Assembly: GCF_009914755.1 (NCBI RefSeq)
Contig: NC_060944.1
Source of the DNA: the human T2T-CHM13v2.0 reference genome, Homo sapiens
Strand: one strand, 5' to 3'
Length of the DNA stretch: 64,000 nucleotides
Part shown: positions 14,215-28,200 of the stretch, piece by piece
Layout: every line of letters starts with the position of its first letter
Numbering within the stretch: the first letter of the stretch is position 1
Notes under the pieces: generated by a model
Seen by the model: the letters and a program-made list of their open reading frames with translations, nothing else
Told to the model about the DNA's origin: nothing
The model's database searches: none
Made by a program: the position numbers and the translations under genes

Positions 14215-15479
14215 CCTCCTTGTGGAAATTTACAGAGGATGATTCCAGAAAGATACTATATCATAGACTATCAATCATTTGGCTTATCTCTCAAGCTCTT
14301 ATAAACAGTAGGAATATTAATGGACTTTATTAACCTATAGGTCAATGAATTTTAATTTATTTAATTATCTTTAAATTTTCCTTGACAGGAGGAGAAAATA
14401 AGTAGGGCTTATTGAACAATAAAGAACATTTATTTTATATCAAAGTATAGGTCCCTATGCAGCCTTTATTTTATCTTTAATATTCAGAAGTGAATCCACA
14501 ATGGCTTTCCTTCTTACTTATATGGCAACCAAAACTGTATGACATGGCAAAATATCACAAAACAGAAGCTAGAAGTTGAAGCTGTAATAAAAACTACCAG
14601 AATATGTGAATAATCTGATTTTTTAAATGGAATGACAGCACCTATGGTGTGGCTTTTCTTGCTAAACAGAGACACATTTTTATCCCTACAAATGGTGTCA
14701 TGTATTTTTTTTCAGTCAGTTGTGTCATATTCTGGCTTCATACTTTTTTCCATGCTCATTTAAGGCCATGGAGTTGTCTAATACCTGTTAAGATCTTGGA
14801 TAGTTTTGACCACCAGGAGGCGTGTTAGACCAGCAAATTGACACTTCGTCACTAGCGTCCATCCTTGAACACTTCGGAAGATTAAAGGTTAAAGATGAAC
14901 GTGAGCCTCACTGAAAGTGATTGTAGAGAGATAAAGAGAAGGATTATAATTTTCAAAAGAAACTCTGAGGGTTTTTTTGTTTTGTTTTGCTTTTCAATTC
15001 AGCTCAAACCAAATGGTTGCTTTTTTTCCGTTTTTGTAAACTTCCGTCATGTACCTGTGAATTTCGGGCAGGGGCTGAGGTGTGGGGAGCTCTGCTGAAA
15101 CTTTAAAGCAGAGTCGTGATTCTCTGCCCCCCTCCATTACAAAAGGCAGGCAATAATGTAAATAGAACGTTAGACAGGCTGTGGTTTGTGCTCAGCTGCT
15201 CAGGGTTTGCAGGACTGCTGCTTCCAGGAATCTAGCTTTCTCCAGGCTCAGCCTCAATTCAAGTAAGGCTGGACTGGCAGGACTAAATAGAAACTTACCC
15301 ACTTTTGTTACCTCTTTTCTGAGTCCAGCAGGGAGGCAATCTTAGATCGCAGAAATTACTGCCCTACAGAAATGCCGATGTCCAGAGAGAAAGTGGCATG
15401 TCTAGTGCTGTTAATTTCACTACTGCTTTGTGTTATCGCTTTAATAAGATAGGGACTTATCCCAGCGGGGGCTGGGAGT

Positions 15480-15780
15480 AATGCCATTATTAAATGATTT
15501 TCTCTTGGCTCCAAACCCACCTTTCTATATCCTGCCTTGTGATGCCAGCACTGGGACTCTGCAAACTGCAGTTGGGCTTGGCCAGATGCTCCTGGCAAGG
15601 GGACGCTAGAGTGAGGCCGCAAATCTGGAGGGAGAGGGGCCCGACCGTTCCTCCTGAGGACTTCCTCCTCCTCCCAGCATCTCCCCAGCAAGGCCGCTTC
15701 CACCCAGCAGTGGCAGTTCCTTCCCATTGTTGCAGCTGAATCATGTTTGTAGTTTTCCAAAACTCACAAAACCAGCCCTA
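15480..15780 (+). mobile_element. LTR33-like (ERVL) LTR fragment
   Basis: 'ctcttggctccaaacccacctttctatatcctgccttgtgatgccagcactgggactctgcaaac...ggggacgctagag' resembles the recalled LTR33 5' region. Confidence 0.65.
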
Positions 15781-15839
15781 TCATGCCCTCTTAGAGACTT
15801 CAGCTTACCCTTGCATAACTCCAAGTCCAAAGCCTGTGC

Positions 15840-16825
15840 AAAACAGTTCAGCTGACTTGGAAGGGAGATTGGCAGTTTCTTACAAAAGTAATCATATTGT
15901 TACCCTATGAAGCAGCAGGCAGGCTCTTTGATATTTGCCCAGATAAGTTGAAAACTTGTGTCTCTACAAAAAAACTACATGAGAATGTTTATGCCAACTT
16001 TATTCATAATTGCCAAAATTTGGATACAACCAAGATGTCCTTCAACAGCGAGTGGATAAACAGACTGTAGTACATCCAGACGATGGAATATTATTCAGTA
16101 ATAAAAAGAAAAAGCTAACCAGCCACAGAAAAAGACATAGAGGAACCTTAAACGCATATTGATAAAGAAAGAAGTCAATCTGAAAAGGCTGCATACTGTA
16201 TGATTTCAACGATATGACATTCTGGAAAAGCCAAATCTATGGAGAAGTAAAAAGAGTAGTGTTTGTCAGAGGTTCAGCTGGGGTGGGGTTGTTGGGGATG
16301 AGTAGAGGGAGGGATGAATAGGTACAGGAGAGACAATTTTTTAATTTTTATTTTTTTAAGACGGGGTCTTATTCTGTCACCCAAGCTGAAGCATGATCAT
16401 AGCTCACTGCAGCCTTGAGCTATGGGACTCAAGGGATCTCCCATTGCAGCCTCCAGAATAGCTGAGACCACAGGCACACACCACCACACAAGCTTAGCAC
16501 AGGAGATTTTTAGGGCAGTTAAAAGTATTCTGTATGGTACCCTATGGTGGATGCATGTCATTATGCATTTGTCAAAACCCATAGGATGTACCCAAGAGTG
16601 AACCCTAATGTGAACTCTGGACTTAACTATGGACTTTAATGAATAATAACATAACAATATTGGCTCATCAATTATAACAAATGTACCACATCATTGCAAG
16701 ATGGTAATAATAAGGGGAGTGGGGGGGTGCAGGAGCATATGGGAACTTGATACCATCTACTCAATTTTCCAAAAACCTAAAACTGCTCTAAAAATAGTCT
16801 ATTAATTAATTATTTAAGAACTCAA
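15840..16825 (+). mobile_element. L1MC/MD-type 3' end, interrupted by an Alu monomer
   Basis: 'ggcagtttcttacaaaagtaatcata...gaagtcaatctgaaaaggctgcatactgtatgatttcaac...gtcaaaacccataggatgtaccc...aaaacctaaaactgctctaaaa'. Confidence 0.88.
16336..16494 (-). mobile_element. FRAM/AluJ-type monomer
   Basis: T-rich tail, then 'agacggggtcttattctgtcacccaagctg...gatcatagctcactgcagccttgagc' (AluJ/FRAM diagnostic). Confidence 0.85.
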
Positions 16826-17329
16826 AGAAACAAAAGCCTTGGCAGTGTTTTTTACATTGATCAGTTATGTGCCCCACCATGGCTGGTCCAGGCCTGAGTC
16901 TCTCTTGCTCCACTCTTAGCATCTCCTGTGTGTATTTCGTCAAACCCATGTCAACTGTGTGGGCCACTCTCTGAACTCCTCCCTCTCCATGAGCTCCCAG
17001 GATTTTCTAGTTCCCTGGAGTCCCTTTTTAGGTCTTCTGGCAACAAAGCTGGAATTTTAGTTACTTGGTTCTGTGTGTACTTCAGCAACTGCATCTGCAT
17101 CGAGTGCCGAGGGATAAAAGTAACAGACAAAAAAAAAAAAATCACCAGCAGTTTCAGCACTTTAAGTTCCAGTCCTCTTCTATGAGTCACTTTTCAGAGT
17201 CCTCACAGCTGCCCTGTGCCTTATGTTCAGGTTTTATAGCGACATCCGGTGAGCAAGATGAGTGGCATGTGCTTATCCCATTATACGTGGGACCAGGACT
17301 TCTTATTATTTAGATATTCACATGACCAG

Positions 17330-17660
17330 TGCCAAATGGATATATCGGCTATAACATAAAGTGACCTGCACCTCTCAAAAATGCCAAGGTCAAATCAGAC
17401 AAAAACTACTGAGGAGTTGTCCAAAATTAAAGCAGACCGAAGAGACGGAGCATAGCTCTAAAGTATATCACTGGAGAAACTGGCAACATTTAAATACAGT
17501 CTGTGGATTGAAAGTATTGTATCCAAGTTAAATGTGCCGATTTGGGTAACTGTTATGGTTATGGAAAGGGATATCCTGTTCTTTGGAAATAGACACCAAA
17601 ATATATATTACGCAGAGGGGATGCTATCTTTAGCTCACTTTCAAATGGTTCAAAATGCAC
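17330..17660 (+). mobile_element. Old L1M (L1MC/ME) 3'UTR fragment
   Basis: 'gtctgtggattgaaagtattgtatccaagttaaatg...ggtaactgttatggttatgg...gctcactttcaaatggttca'. Confidence 0.6.
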
Positions 17661-18119
17661 ATACACATACACTCTCTCTCACATACATATGCATGCACAC
17701 GCGCACACACACACACACCTGCACATGCATGCAAGCTGAGGGGTGTAGAAGAAGGAACAATCCTAAAGGGACTGCTATTCCTAACCTGACCCTGTCCTAG
17801 GCCACCAGCACACAGCACCCAACCAGCATTCAACCTTCCGACTGGACATGGACACCCTCTAGTTGCCTCAATGGCTCAGGGCACATGCGGAGGGCTGGCT
17901 GGGCCCAGCTGACAAGAATTCATCTATTTGGTGAACTTCCTTAGAGTGAAATAGACAGGCTCACAAGCTTGTTCCGTGAGATACACACACACACACACAC
18001 ACACTCCCCACTCAATGAGTCGTTAGAATGGAGAAGCACATGTTTAAAATCCATAAAACAAGACATAGAACAACAGAGTAGCTTGATGGTGAACTCGGCA
18101 TCTTTGTGGCTGTGTTCAT

Positions 18120-18250
18120 GTGGCATTCATTCATTCATTCATTCATTCGATAAATGTTTACTGAGCTACCACTTGCAAGGAAGTGCTGACAATAGTCCTG
18201 TAAAAAAGACACTTTCTCTGCACTCCTTAAAATGACAATCTTTTGGTGGA
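18120..18250 (-). mobile_element. LINE-2 3' end
   Basis: (CATT)n followed by 'cgataaatgtttactgagctaccact'. Confidence 0.65.
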
Positions 18251-18362
18251 GAATTATTAGCAGGGTTTATTGGGCCCCACCTGGGGAACTCAGGTAGAAA
18301 TAAGAGGACAGTTTTGCAGAGGGCTGCAAGTCTCCCAGTGCTGCACAGAGGAAAAAGCTTGA

Positions 18363-18817
<455 letters not shown>

Positions 18818-18858
18818 GGAGTTTGGACTTTTGATAGGACACCCGATGCAATTGATTG

Positions 18859-18859
<1 letters not shown>

Positions 18860-18907
<48 letters not shown>
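18860..18907. repeat. (TG)24 microsatellite
   Basis: Perfect dinucleotide run. Confidence 0.98.
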
Positions 18908-18909
<2 letters not shown>

Positions 18910-19555
18910 ATCCATTGAATGTGGACGCTCAAGGCCTGGACAGAGTAGGAAGTGCACAGAAGGCTGAGCAGGCAGGCACGTGGGTGGGACTCAGGCCCAC
19001 CTCTGGCCCCAGAAGGGGATGCCAGGCGGTGGGGACCAGCTTAGACAGGCAAAGGGGACTGTGGGAAGGTGTGGGAAGCTGTCCCAGGCTGCAGACCCAC
19101 CAGGGTACCCTGAAGGCTGGCCCTGGAGAAGGTATTTAAGCCAAGAGGTGAGTGCCCAAGCCGGAGCCTGGCCCAGGGGACACGGTTGGGCCTGTTTCGG
19201 GGCACCCGGAACCTAGGGACTGGCATGGCCGGGACCTCCCGGAGCTGCTGCTGGAACTCAAGGCGCCTCTTCCGGTTGGACTTCAGCGGCTACTGGAGGC
19301 AGGCGTGGAGGGGGTCGTTCTCCTGCCGGTGGTCCAGACAGAAGTTGACCTGGTCCAGGATGTGATGGCAGCATATTCTGCTTCCCGGAAGCCGTCGCCC
19401 TTGCCTTGGTCTCCCGCTGTCCCCGCACGCCCACGTTCCGCATGGGACCTGACTCAGGCACCAGGAGGGCCCCGCGACGAAGGAGCGCGGCGACCTTCGC
19501 TCTGAAAGCGGGAGCCGGGTGGGGGCATTGGGGGTGGTCAGGGAGGATCGCAGAT
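18908..19555 (-). pseudogene. Processed pseudogene of BBLN (C9orf16, bublin coiled-coil protein, UPF0184 family); CDS-homologous part 19455->19213, outer limits (UTR homology) approximate
   Basis: Minus-strand translation with three frameshifts gives ESGPMRNVGVRG/AGDQGKGDGFREAEYAAI/ILDQVNFCLDHRQENDPLHACLQ*PLKSNRKRRLEFQQQLREVP/HASP*. This is collinear with human BBLN as I recall it (MSGPNGDLGMPVEAGAEGEEDGFGEAEYAAINSMLDQINSCLDHLEEKNDHLHARLQELLESNRQTRLEFQQQLGEAPSDASP*). The ATG is lost, there is an internal TAG at 19292-19290, the ancestral stop is at 19215-19213, GC3 codon bias is strong, and no intron interrupts the match. Confidence 0.9.
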
Positions 19556-19560
19556 GCGTT
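19150..19560. promoter_or_regulatory. CpG-island-like segment overlapping the BBLN retrocopy
   Basis: About 31 CpGs counted by eye in ~410 bp of GC-rich sequence, while the rest of the window is CpG-depleted. Regulatory function is inference only. Confidence 0.55.
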
Positions 19561-19684
19561 TTAGACAATAAGACAACAGACAGTGGCGATTCCCAACCCT
19601 GGCTGCACAATAGAATGAGGGCCTTTTGGGGTCTCAAACTGATCTAAGAGTAAAGTCTAATAATTTTTAAAAATCACCCTAGGC

Positions 19685-20494
<810 letters not shown>

Positions 20495-22957
20495 TCTAGA
20501 CATTAATACTAAAAGATAAAGAGTAGCCTTAAGAGTTACCTAACAAGGGATTCAAGGAGGGTTTTTTAAATTATTCATTTACAGAAGCTGGGGCCAGGAT
20601 GGACCCTGAATGTACAAGTAGGTCAGATCCACAAAGGCCACATTTGCAGCTGCCTGGTCTCCCCTTCGTCCTTCCTCATCAATTCCCATCCACCAGAAGC
20701 TTGGATTTGGCATAAAATATTGATCCCCTAATTCTGAATCTCATCCTACAGACCTTGTTTCTTGCACAAGCTGAGTTCACCATAAATACAGAGCAGGGGA
20801 GTTCCTTTGAAAGTGGCAGATTGTTAAGAACTGCTTTGGAAAGCTGATCATAACTCTTGCCTCTTGTTACCTAGATTAACTTTCCTGCATGGTTTGCCGG
20901 TTCTCTATGGCTATTTCTCTCTTTCTTACAGTTTAATAAAGGATTGGGTTGAGCCATATAAAATGATCATTTTTGCAGGAAGAAAATAACTGGATATCGG
21001 CAATTTTATATGATGTAACCTAATACATTGCATGGCATTGTCACATTGTATTTTATTTAACCCAGGCAAGAAATGTGCTTTGCACCCTTGAGTATATGCA
21101 AGAACAGCTACCAAAAACAGTTATTCTGAAAATGGCAAGATGTCTTAAAAAGGATAGAAGCCCTTGCTTCTTGGCCTTATTCAGGGACCTTGCTGCTGGT
21201 GTGTAGTTGAACATGAGAGCAAAGCAGGGTCTACTGATTCCAAAGTCTGTGCTGTCAGACCATGGTGGCTAGACATTGAAGTAACCAGCAATTTATTAAC
21301 TAGCACATCTCTGTACTCCATTGTGATGCTAACCTCCATTTCTCATGTGAATCATTGCAGGATTCTTAGAGTATATTCTCAGGTCTAGGAAAACTTAGAT
21401 TACACCCTTTATGACTCCTGTAAACAATGTATTATATTGCAAGTTGGTAATATGTACTATTTAACTCAAAGTTTTTGTCATCTGAAAAATGCAGGTAATA
21501 ATAATATCTACCTAAATGTGTGCAATAATTTAAAGGAAGTTCTTGGTTTATACTAGGCGTGGCCTTGGGGCTCAGTAAATACTATTTTCTCCCTTTCACC
21601 ACCAAAAATGCATATACACTCATGTGTATGTACAAATTCACGCAACACACACTCTCATGCAAGAACACCCTTGCACATACAAGGATACTCGCTCATACAT
21701 ACATGCTCACACAGTGCTAGTATGCATGAACACTAGTATATGCTGGGGGCAAACACGAATGATAGTGGTAACCTCTTATCCCACTGTGTCTCCATGAAAG
21801 CTTTAAAGGGACCACTGTGGAACAGAAGGAGCATAAATCCAGAACTCGGAAGCATCTTCTTATTCTTCTCCTTTGTTCTTTGGTGCATTATGTTTGTTGT
21901 AAAATCCCTAGGCCTCTCAACCAGGTTTTCTCATCTGCAAGATGAAGGCATGGAAGATGATAGCAGCTTCCTGCAATTTGAAAGTCATTTTTTGACAAAT
22001 GTGATCAACATCTTTTGTGTCTGGAGGCACAAGTTCAGACCCCAACTACATCCCATGGGAGTTCACTGATTTGAAGCACTGCTTCCTCCTCTCTTACAGT
22101 AAGTATGGGCAGCCCGATAGGTCTTTGTGATAATTAAATGAAATATAAGAACACCCCTACCCACTCTGTGAGGATCTGTGATCTCAGCTATGTCCAGCAG
22201 GACAGATGACACCCGGTCCTTCATGTGACAAGATCCTATTTCTCCCACACTTCTCTCTCCCAGAGTCCCAGGCAGAGCCCCACTCCCATGCCTTGACAGT
22301 GAAGCAGAAAATTTTCCTGCCTCTTTTGAATGAACTTAACACTATGTTCACACATCATATAAGGAAAAAAAAAGGAAAGAAACCCCTCACACCCACTCTG
22401 GTACACCTTGGTGTTTGCCATTATTAGAACAGCAAACGAAATACTATTGATTCAGAGGGTTTGTGGTTTACCGACCTAGTGCAGTTAAGTTCCTCTTCCT
22501 ACCCCCATGACTCATGAATACACATCAAATCCTAAATAGTTTATTTACCGTTTGAACAGTTTTTTGCTTCTTGTCCTATTTCCCTCTGGACAGACAACCC
22601 AAAACGCTTTCTTTACCCACAGAAACAAATTTAAAAACAAGAAATACAGTTCTAGGAATAAAGAAAGATGTAAGAACGTTAATTTTATGACAAAAGAAAC
22701 CTCATTAGAGAGTCTTATAGGAAAAAATATCTGAGTTCCAATTTATATCCCGCCATAATAAAACCTGTTTTACTCCAAAATTGTCCTGGATTGGATGAGA
22801 AACAATAGAGTAACCTCACTGAGAAGCAGAGCACTCAGCTTGGGTGAGTGGGGGCCAAGGCAGGAGCGAGCAGGAGCTAGTGCAGACGTCTGCTTTCTGG
22901 ATGCGGGAACCAAGGGGCTTGCCCGTTAACCCTTCCTAATTCACATACCCTTTAAAA

Positions 22958-23112
22958 CCTTACTGCTTGAGGCATGGTCCTGGACCGAGGGTCACCTGGA
23001 AGCTTATTGGAAAAGCAAACTCACAGACCCCAGACCTGGTAAACCAGCAATCTGCATTTTAACAGAGGCCCAAGTGATCTGAATAGACACTCACGTCTGA
23101 GAGCAGTGCCTT
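22958..23112. mobile_element. MER5A-type MITE
   Basis: 'cacctggaagcttattggaaaagcaaactc...aatctgcattttaacagaggcccaagtgatc...gtctgagagcagtg'. Confidence 0.75.
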
Positions 23113-24049
23113 GAAAAGCTTTGCCAGAATGCTGTGAAGCATAAGCCGTATGACTTGATCTGTGGTCCGTTAGAATTCACAGGATAACTTTTCCAAAGTC
23201 TTAAATTAGAGGATTTCAGAATTAAAAGGACCTTCCCTCAACCTCTTTAATGCATGAGTTCCCTGAGAGTGGCCCCACTGGAAGACTCTGGTGTCACATC
23301 AGAGGAGTTTGTCCTCTGGGAAGAGTTTTTCAACAGTGCTTCCGTGGGGCGAGAAGGAACATGCTTCCTCTTAATTTCCACTCGCCTGTACATTATACAC
23401 ATTACAGAGCCACTCAGAGAAAAGATTAAGCTTCTTTCTCTGCAAAGGATTTTTGGAACACTGAAACGACCTGCATGCCTGATCCTATATCCAATTTCTT
23501 CCCAAAGAGCTCTAGTAGGTTCAGAATCACACCCTTAAGGAAGAGTATCCACAGAGTGGCCCTGGACCTACCTCTCTGCTGGAGAGGCCACATGAAACTG
23601 TATCAATATGCAAAGATGCTGGTCCTTTCACACTTTTCTGATGAACTCGGGTGTTATTAAAATTATGGGTATTTGCTTATTTCCCAGGCAGTCCCATGGA
23701 GAGCTGAGGCTGGCTAGACACTGGGACTGACTGTTGTTATCTATGCCTGTTGTCCACGTGACAGCCAGGGCTAAAGACAAGACTTTCTGTCTCTATCAAC
23801 AGCCAGAGTAAATCCTCATGAAACAATATTCGGTACTAGAGATACCAGCTGCAGCAGAAAATATACAGATCATAGGCACTGAACTCCAACAAGACACAAT
23901 CTAGTCCAGAGATAGGCCGCAGGAGTGCAAATATCAGTTTATCACTTAAACTTGTTTGATGTTCTTGGCAGTAGTTCTAAGCACTGAGGAAGTAAGTCTA
24001 AATGGTCTTCAGGCAGCCAAGTTAAAGAGTATCCTCAATAATCCAATAA

Positions 24050-24630
24050 TCTAATAATAATAACCACCTAGTGCATCCTTCCTCTGTGCCTGATTCATTC
24101 ATGGCATTTTATGTTATCTTTTGTGAGTATATGACTAACTTCACTGTGCAGATGAGGCAGCTGAACCTCAGAGAGGCTGTTAGTTGCCTAAGTTTATGCA
24201 GCCAGTAAGTCACTTTGTAGATTCAAATGCTTCTATACCACTATAACATTTATAATAGCTATGATATTAACTAGTCCTGAAGAGGTTAACTTATGTTCAA
24301 TATGATCTAATTGAAATGGCAGAGAAGTATGTAGAATATTTTAGAAGTATTTCCACTAGAATAGTAAAAATAATTTACTCTTTAGTGTTTTCTGGCAATG
24401 CAATGTAATGAAGATTTTTTGTAGGCAACTGGGAGCAAGAGTGACTTTAAATTCTGGCTCCACCAATTACTAGCTTTGTAAACTTGAGCAAATTACCTAA
24501 CCCCCTGCACCTCAGTCTGGCATCTACAGAGTGGACTTAATAATCCAACTTTGGAGTGCCATGGAGGCACTGATGATAAACTGTGTTTGGAGCATAAAAC
24601 ACCTAGAAATGCATCTAGCACAGGGCAAGA
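24050..24630. mobile_element. Two MIR elements (~24050-24240 minus; ~24430-24630 plus)
   Basis: 'gcagatgaggcagctgaacctcagagagg...gcctaagtttatgcagccagtaag'; 'aattctggctccaccaattactagctttgtaaacttgagcaaattacctaac...cctcagtc'. Confidence 0.7.
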
Positions 24631-25011
24631 TGGAAAATTAAATTCGTGAGATAGTGATTAAAGAATGTGTTAATCTGGAAAGATTCTAAGGCATAGATAT
24701 GCTAAAAATATATTCATATTCTGGGCAAGAAAATACAGCCAGTGTGGAGCACGGGGTTGGGGACTGTAGGTTTCTCATACTACTTCCATCACTGCAGAGT
24801 CATCAATAAGTTGAATTTGAAGGCTGGGGTAGAATCAGTAATCATTTTGGGAAAGGCAGGAGGCTCCGTGTTTAGAATATCATGAACCAAAGCTCCAGGA
24901 TGAATAAGAAAAAAGAGCTGAAAAGAACAGTAAATGAATGTGGAAAACTTAGTGTGAGAATGAGAACATGGTATACGCAGGGAATGGGAGGTTGGCTTTT
25001 CGGCTACACAA

Positions 25012-25206
25012 CATGGGTCGGCAGATGTTTTCTGTAAAGGGCCAAAGAGGAAATTGTTAGGTTCTGTGGGTCATACTGTCTGTGTCCCAACCGCTCAACT
25101 CTGCTGTTGTAGCAGAAAGGTAGCAATAGACAATCTATAACTGAATACATGGATGTGTTCCAGTGAAACTTTAGTTACACCAGGGGCCACAATTTTTCCA
25201 CCTCTG
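25012..25206. mobile_element. MER58A hAT-Charlie MITE
   Basis: 'gggtcggcagatgttttctgtaaagggcca...ctcaactctgctgttgtagcagaaagg...gtgttccagtgaaacttta'. Confidence 0.85.
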
Positions 25207-28200
25207 CTATAGCTGATAGATTTAAAAACTAACTTGGAATGTCACCATGAAGAAATTCTCTAAATACAAAGGATCCCAAGAAAGCTATTAAGACCCTGAA
25301 ATCCAGTCCCAAAAAATTTATAGGAAGAGATAATTATTTTTGGCATAAAAAATACATCTGTCTTACTATCTTCGAAATGACTCTGAGAAAAATATATTGA
25401 GCAGGGAAGTGTTTTTTTTTTTTATTCCATGTCTGAAAATATACCTCAAACAGAAAATTCAGATGTGTTAAAATGCTATTTCATCCAAACAGAGGCAGCA
25501 GTTTGGAGAAATAAAAAGACTCTGGAGCCAGAAGCTGCTGCTGAACAGAGAGGTTTATGTTTCAAGGGAGTGGAAATCAGGCTGTACCCTGAGTGTTGGC
25601 TTGGGCTGGCAACGGATTGCCCACTCACTAGGAGCTGGGCTTCCCAAGGAAGGGACAAGCACAAGGAAACCTTCTTTTCCTCTGCAGAGAAGGAAGCTGG
25701 GCACCTAAGCGGTTTCATGATTCCATGACTGGCTCATTGAGAATTTATTGGATGGATTTCACTCATAAAGTTTCTTTTATGGAATTCTAAGGGATTTGCT
25801 GGAAGAGATTTCTATGTGAAGGTCAAAAGGAGTAAATTATTTAGCTTCCAGAAGAGGCAGTGGTTACTATTCACAGACTGAACAGCGACAGGGAGAACTT
25901 TTTTCTGTAAACTCCATGAGGGGAGGGATAAAGACTCCGTTGCTCACCCTTGCCTCTCCATCCTATGGTTCAGAGCCATGAAGAGCAGACACTGCTGAAT
26001 ATGGGGGAGCTGTTTTTCACCATTCAGCGATATTTCTGCCTCTTTGCATAGCCAGTGAAATGGCTGGGCTGTTGACTGAAAGGATGGATGAACATTGCAA
26101 ATCTTATCATTTCTATTCCTTGTATCCTCAGAAAAGAAGTGTTGTCCAATGACGAATGCTTGGTCTTAGAGTCTGGCCAGAACACAGAGGAAGAGGCCGC
26201 TCGGAGGACAGAGTGAGCTGCCCAGGTGGCCCACTGGCATCAGGGGCTGTTCTGTATGAAGCTGTTTGAAAACTTTTCACAAGGTCCTGCTCCTTCAGAA
26301 GAGGGTGCATATGATCTTATCTGCCCATAAATCTCAGAAGTTTTACAGGCAAAATCTATAGTAGGTGGTTAACTCTACACATTGCCCTGCCCACTCACAG
26401 GGATAAATAGAAAGTCCTGTATCCAAGTCGGGGAAAATACTAAGCTTCAATCCGGAAGTTTAGGGCTAGTTCTTTTAACTAAGTTGTTCTTTGTTCTTCA
26501 AAATCTACAATCTATTTTTAACTGAAGTTAAAATATATTTTAGGTATTCAAGATTAGAAGGTATCTAAACTTTGAGCTTTTGATTTCCATTTAACTGTTT
26601 GCTTTCCACAAACATGTGATGACATGATTATGCTGTAGAATCCAGCTATTTCTTAGTTCTTCTCTAAAATGCTATAAATTTGTGTTTCTTCACTGAATTG
26701 TCCCCATTTTGTATTAGACGTGTATTCTATGAGAGAAAAATTCATAAAGGCAAATATTTGCCATTTTCTTTTTTATAATACTTTTTCTATATCATTTATT
26801 TTTTTATTCTTTTAGCTAAAGGAAGTAAACACCGTTTCATTTTATATCTACAATTATCTTATTTTTCAAATAGAATATAAGGATTTTTAAAAATACTACT
26901 GAATCTGATTAGTAACTGTATAACGTATTTTCTGTATATTTTGACTGTGAGTCAATTTGAAAGCAGCAATTTAAAACCCACTTGAATGCTTAGTTTAGCC
27001 TAAACAACGACTACAACATAAGAACAATTCTACAATCAAATTAGTAGTCAAATAACCAACGGCAAGTGGAAAATTGGTCATCGTGTTATTCTTCTATAAC
27101 CTAATTCAAAATGCAACATTTAAAAATGTAAATCTCTCTTTTCAATGTTAAAGAAGCATCGATGAATATTTCTATGAGTAGGAAAATATTTATTAAAATA
27201 GTGGCCACATATTGGGACTGATCTTAGTCTTTTAACCGTCAACTCTTGGAAGAGACATCTGGGCCGGTTGGAGCCCAGGGGCAATGGAAAATAGAATGCG
27301 AAATACCAGCCATCTGTGATTGGCCCTTACAAAGAGGAGGAAACATAGTCCCAATGCCATCCACTTACAGACCTAGAGAAGAAAGTCATTGATCAAGTAT
27401 TTCATTGGAGAAAAGTTGTCACAAATATGTTGATTAATGGAGACTAATTTATTTGATATGGAAGTTTGTTTTTCCCCCCTTTTTTGATGATGTTCGTCTT
27501 GATGAAGTTCTAGCTGTTCATTTTTAATGAGAAATGGTTAAAAGTTAAACTAACTTGTCTTACGTCTCCTCACATTTTTTTTCTGTCTACCTTCACTTCT
27601 TCAATTCTATGCAGTCTTAACTGAGCCAATTTGTACATATTTTCCATGGTGATATCAAATCCACAGAAGAATTAATAACTATGGAATTTTAGAAGCCTTG
27701 CAAAATAGAGCAAGTGAGCTGAGGGTGACCTCTGGAACTTCCATGTAAGGCTTAACTTGGGCTCATGGCCTGGAATGAACCAGCTCATAATGTGACACTT
27801 TTATAACCTAATAAACATGACTCCTAGGAACAAGTTCCAATCACATCAAACAAAAAGCTGTATATGGGGTTTCGGAAGTCCTACTTTCTGATCCCACAAC
27901 TATCATATCTAAATTTTTAAACTGGACGAGTCACTCGATCTCCATGAGGCAAATCTCCCTTCCCTGTTACATGAGAGTTTAACTCACAGCACCTAGGTCA
28001 CCTCTAGCACAAAAATATTATGATCCTAAACCTTATTCCTAATTGAGATCTGGATGGAGGGTGTTCCAAATCCACCAAATTCAGGAAATTATGTGAATTT
28101 CTTTGTAAAACAGTGAAGTCTGCCTGATTAACTATGATTCTCATTCATTTCCACCATTACCTACTTTGATAGCTAAATTTGTTTGTACCTTGAGAAGTCT

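Noticed and set aside
15590-15609. CTCF-like motif in the LTR33-like element (tcctggcaaggggacgctag)
   Set aside because: It mismatches the CC core and the GGC core of the CTCF consensus, so it is too degenerate to call.
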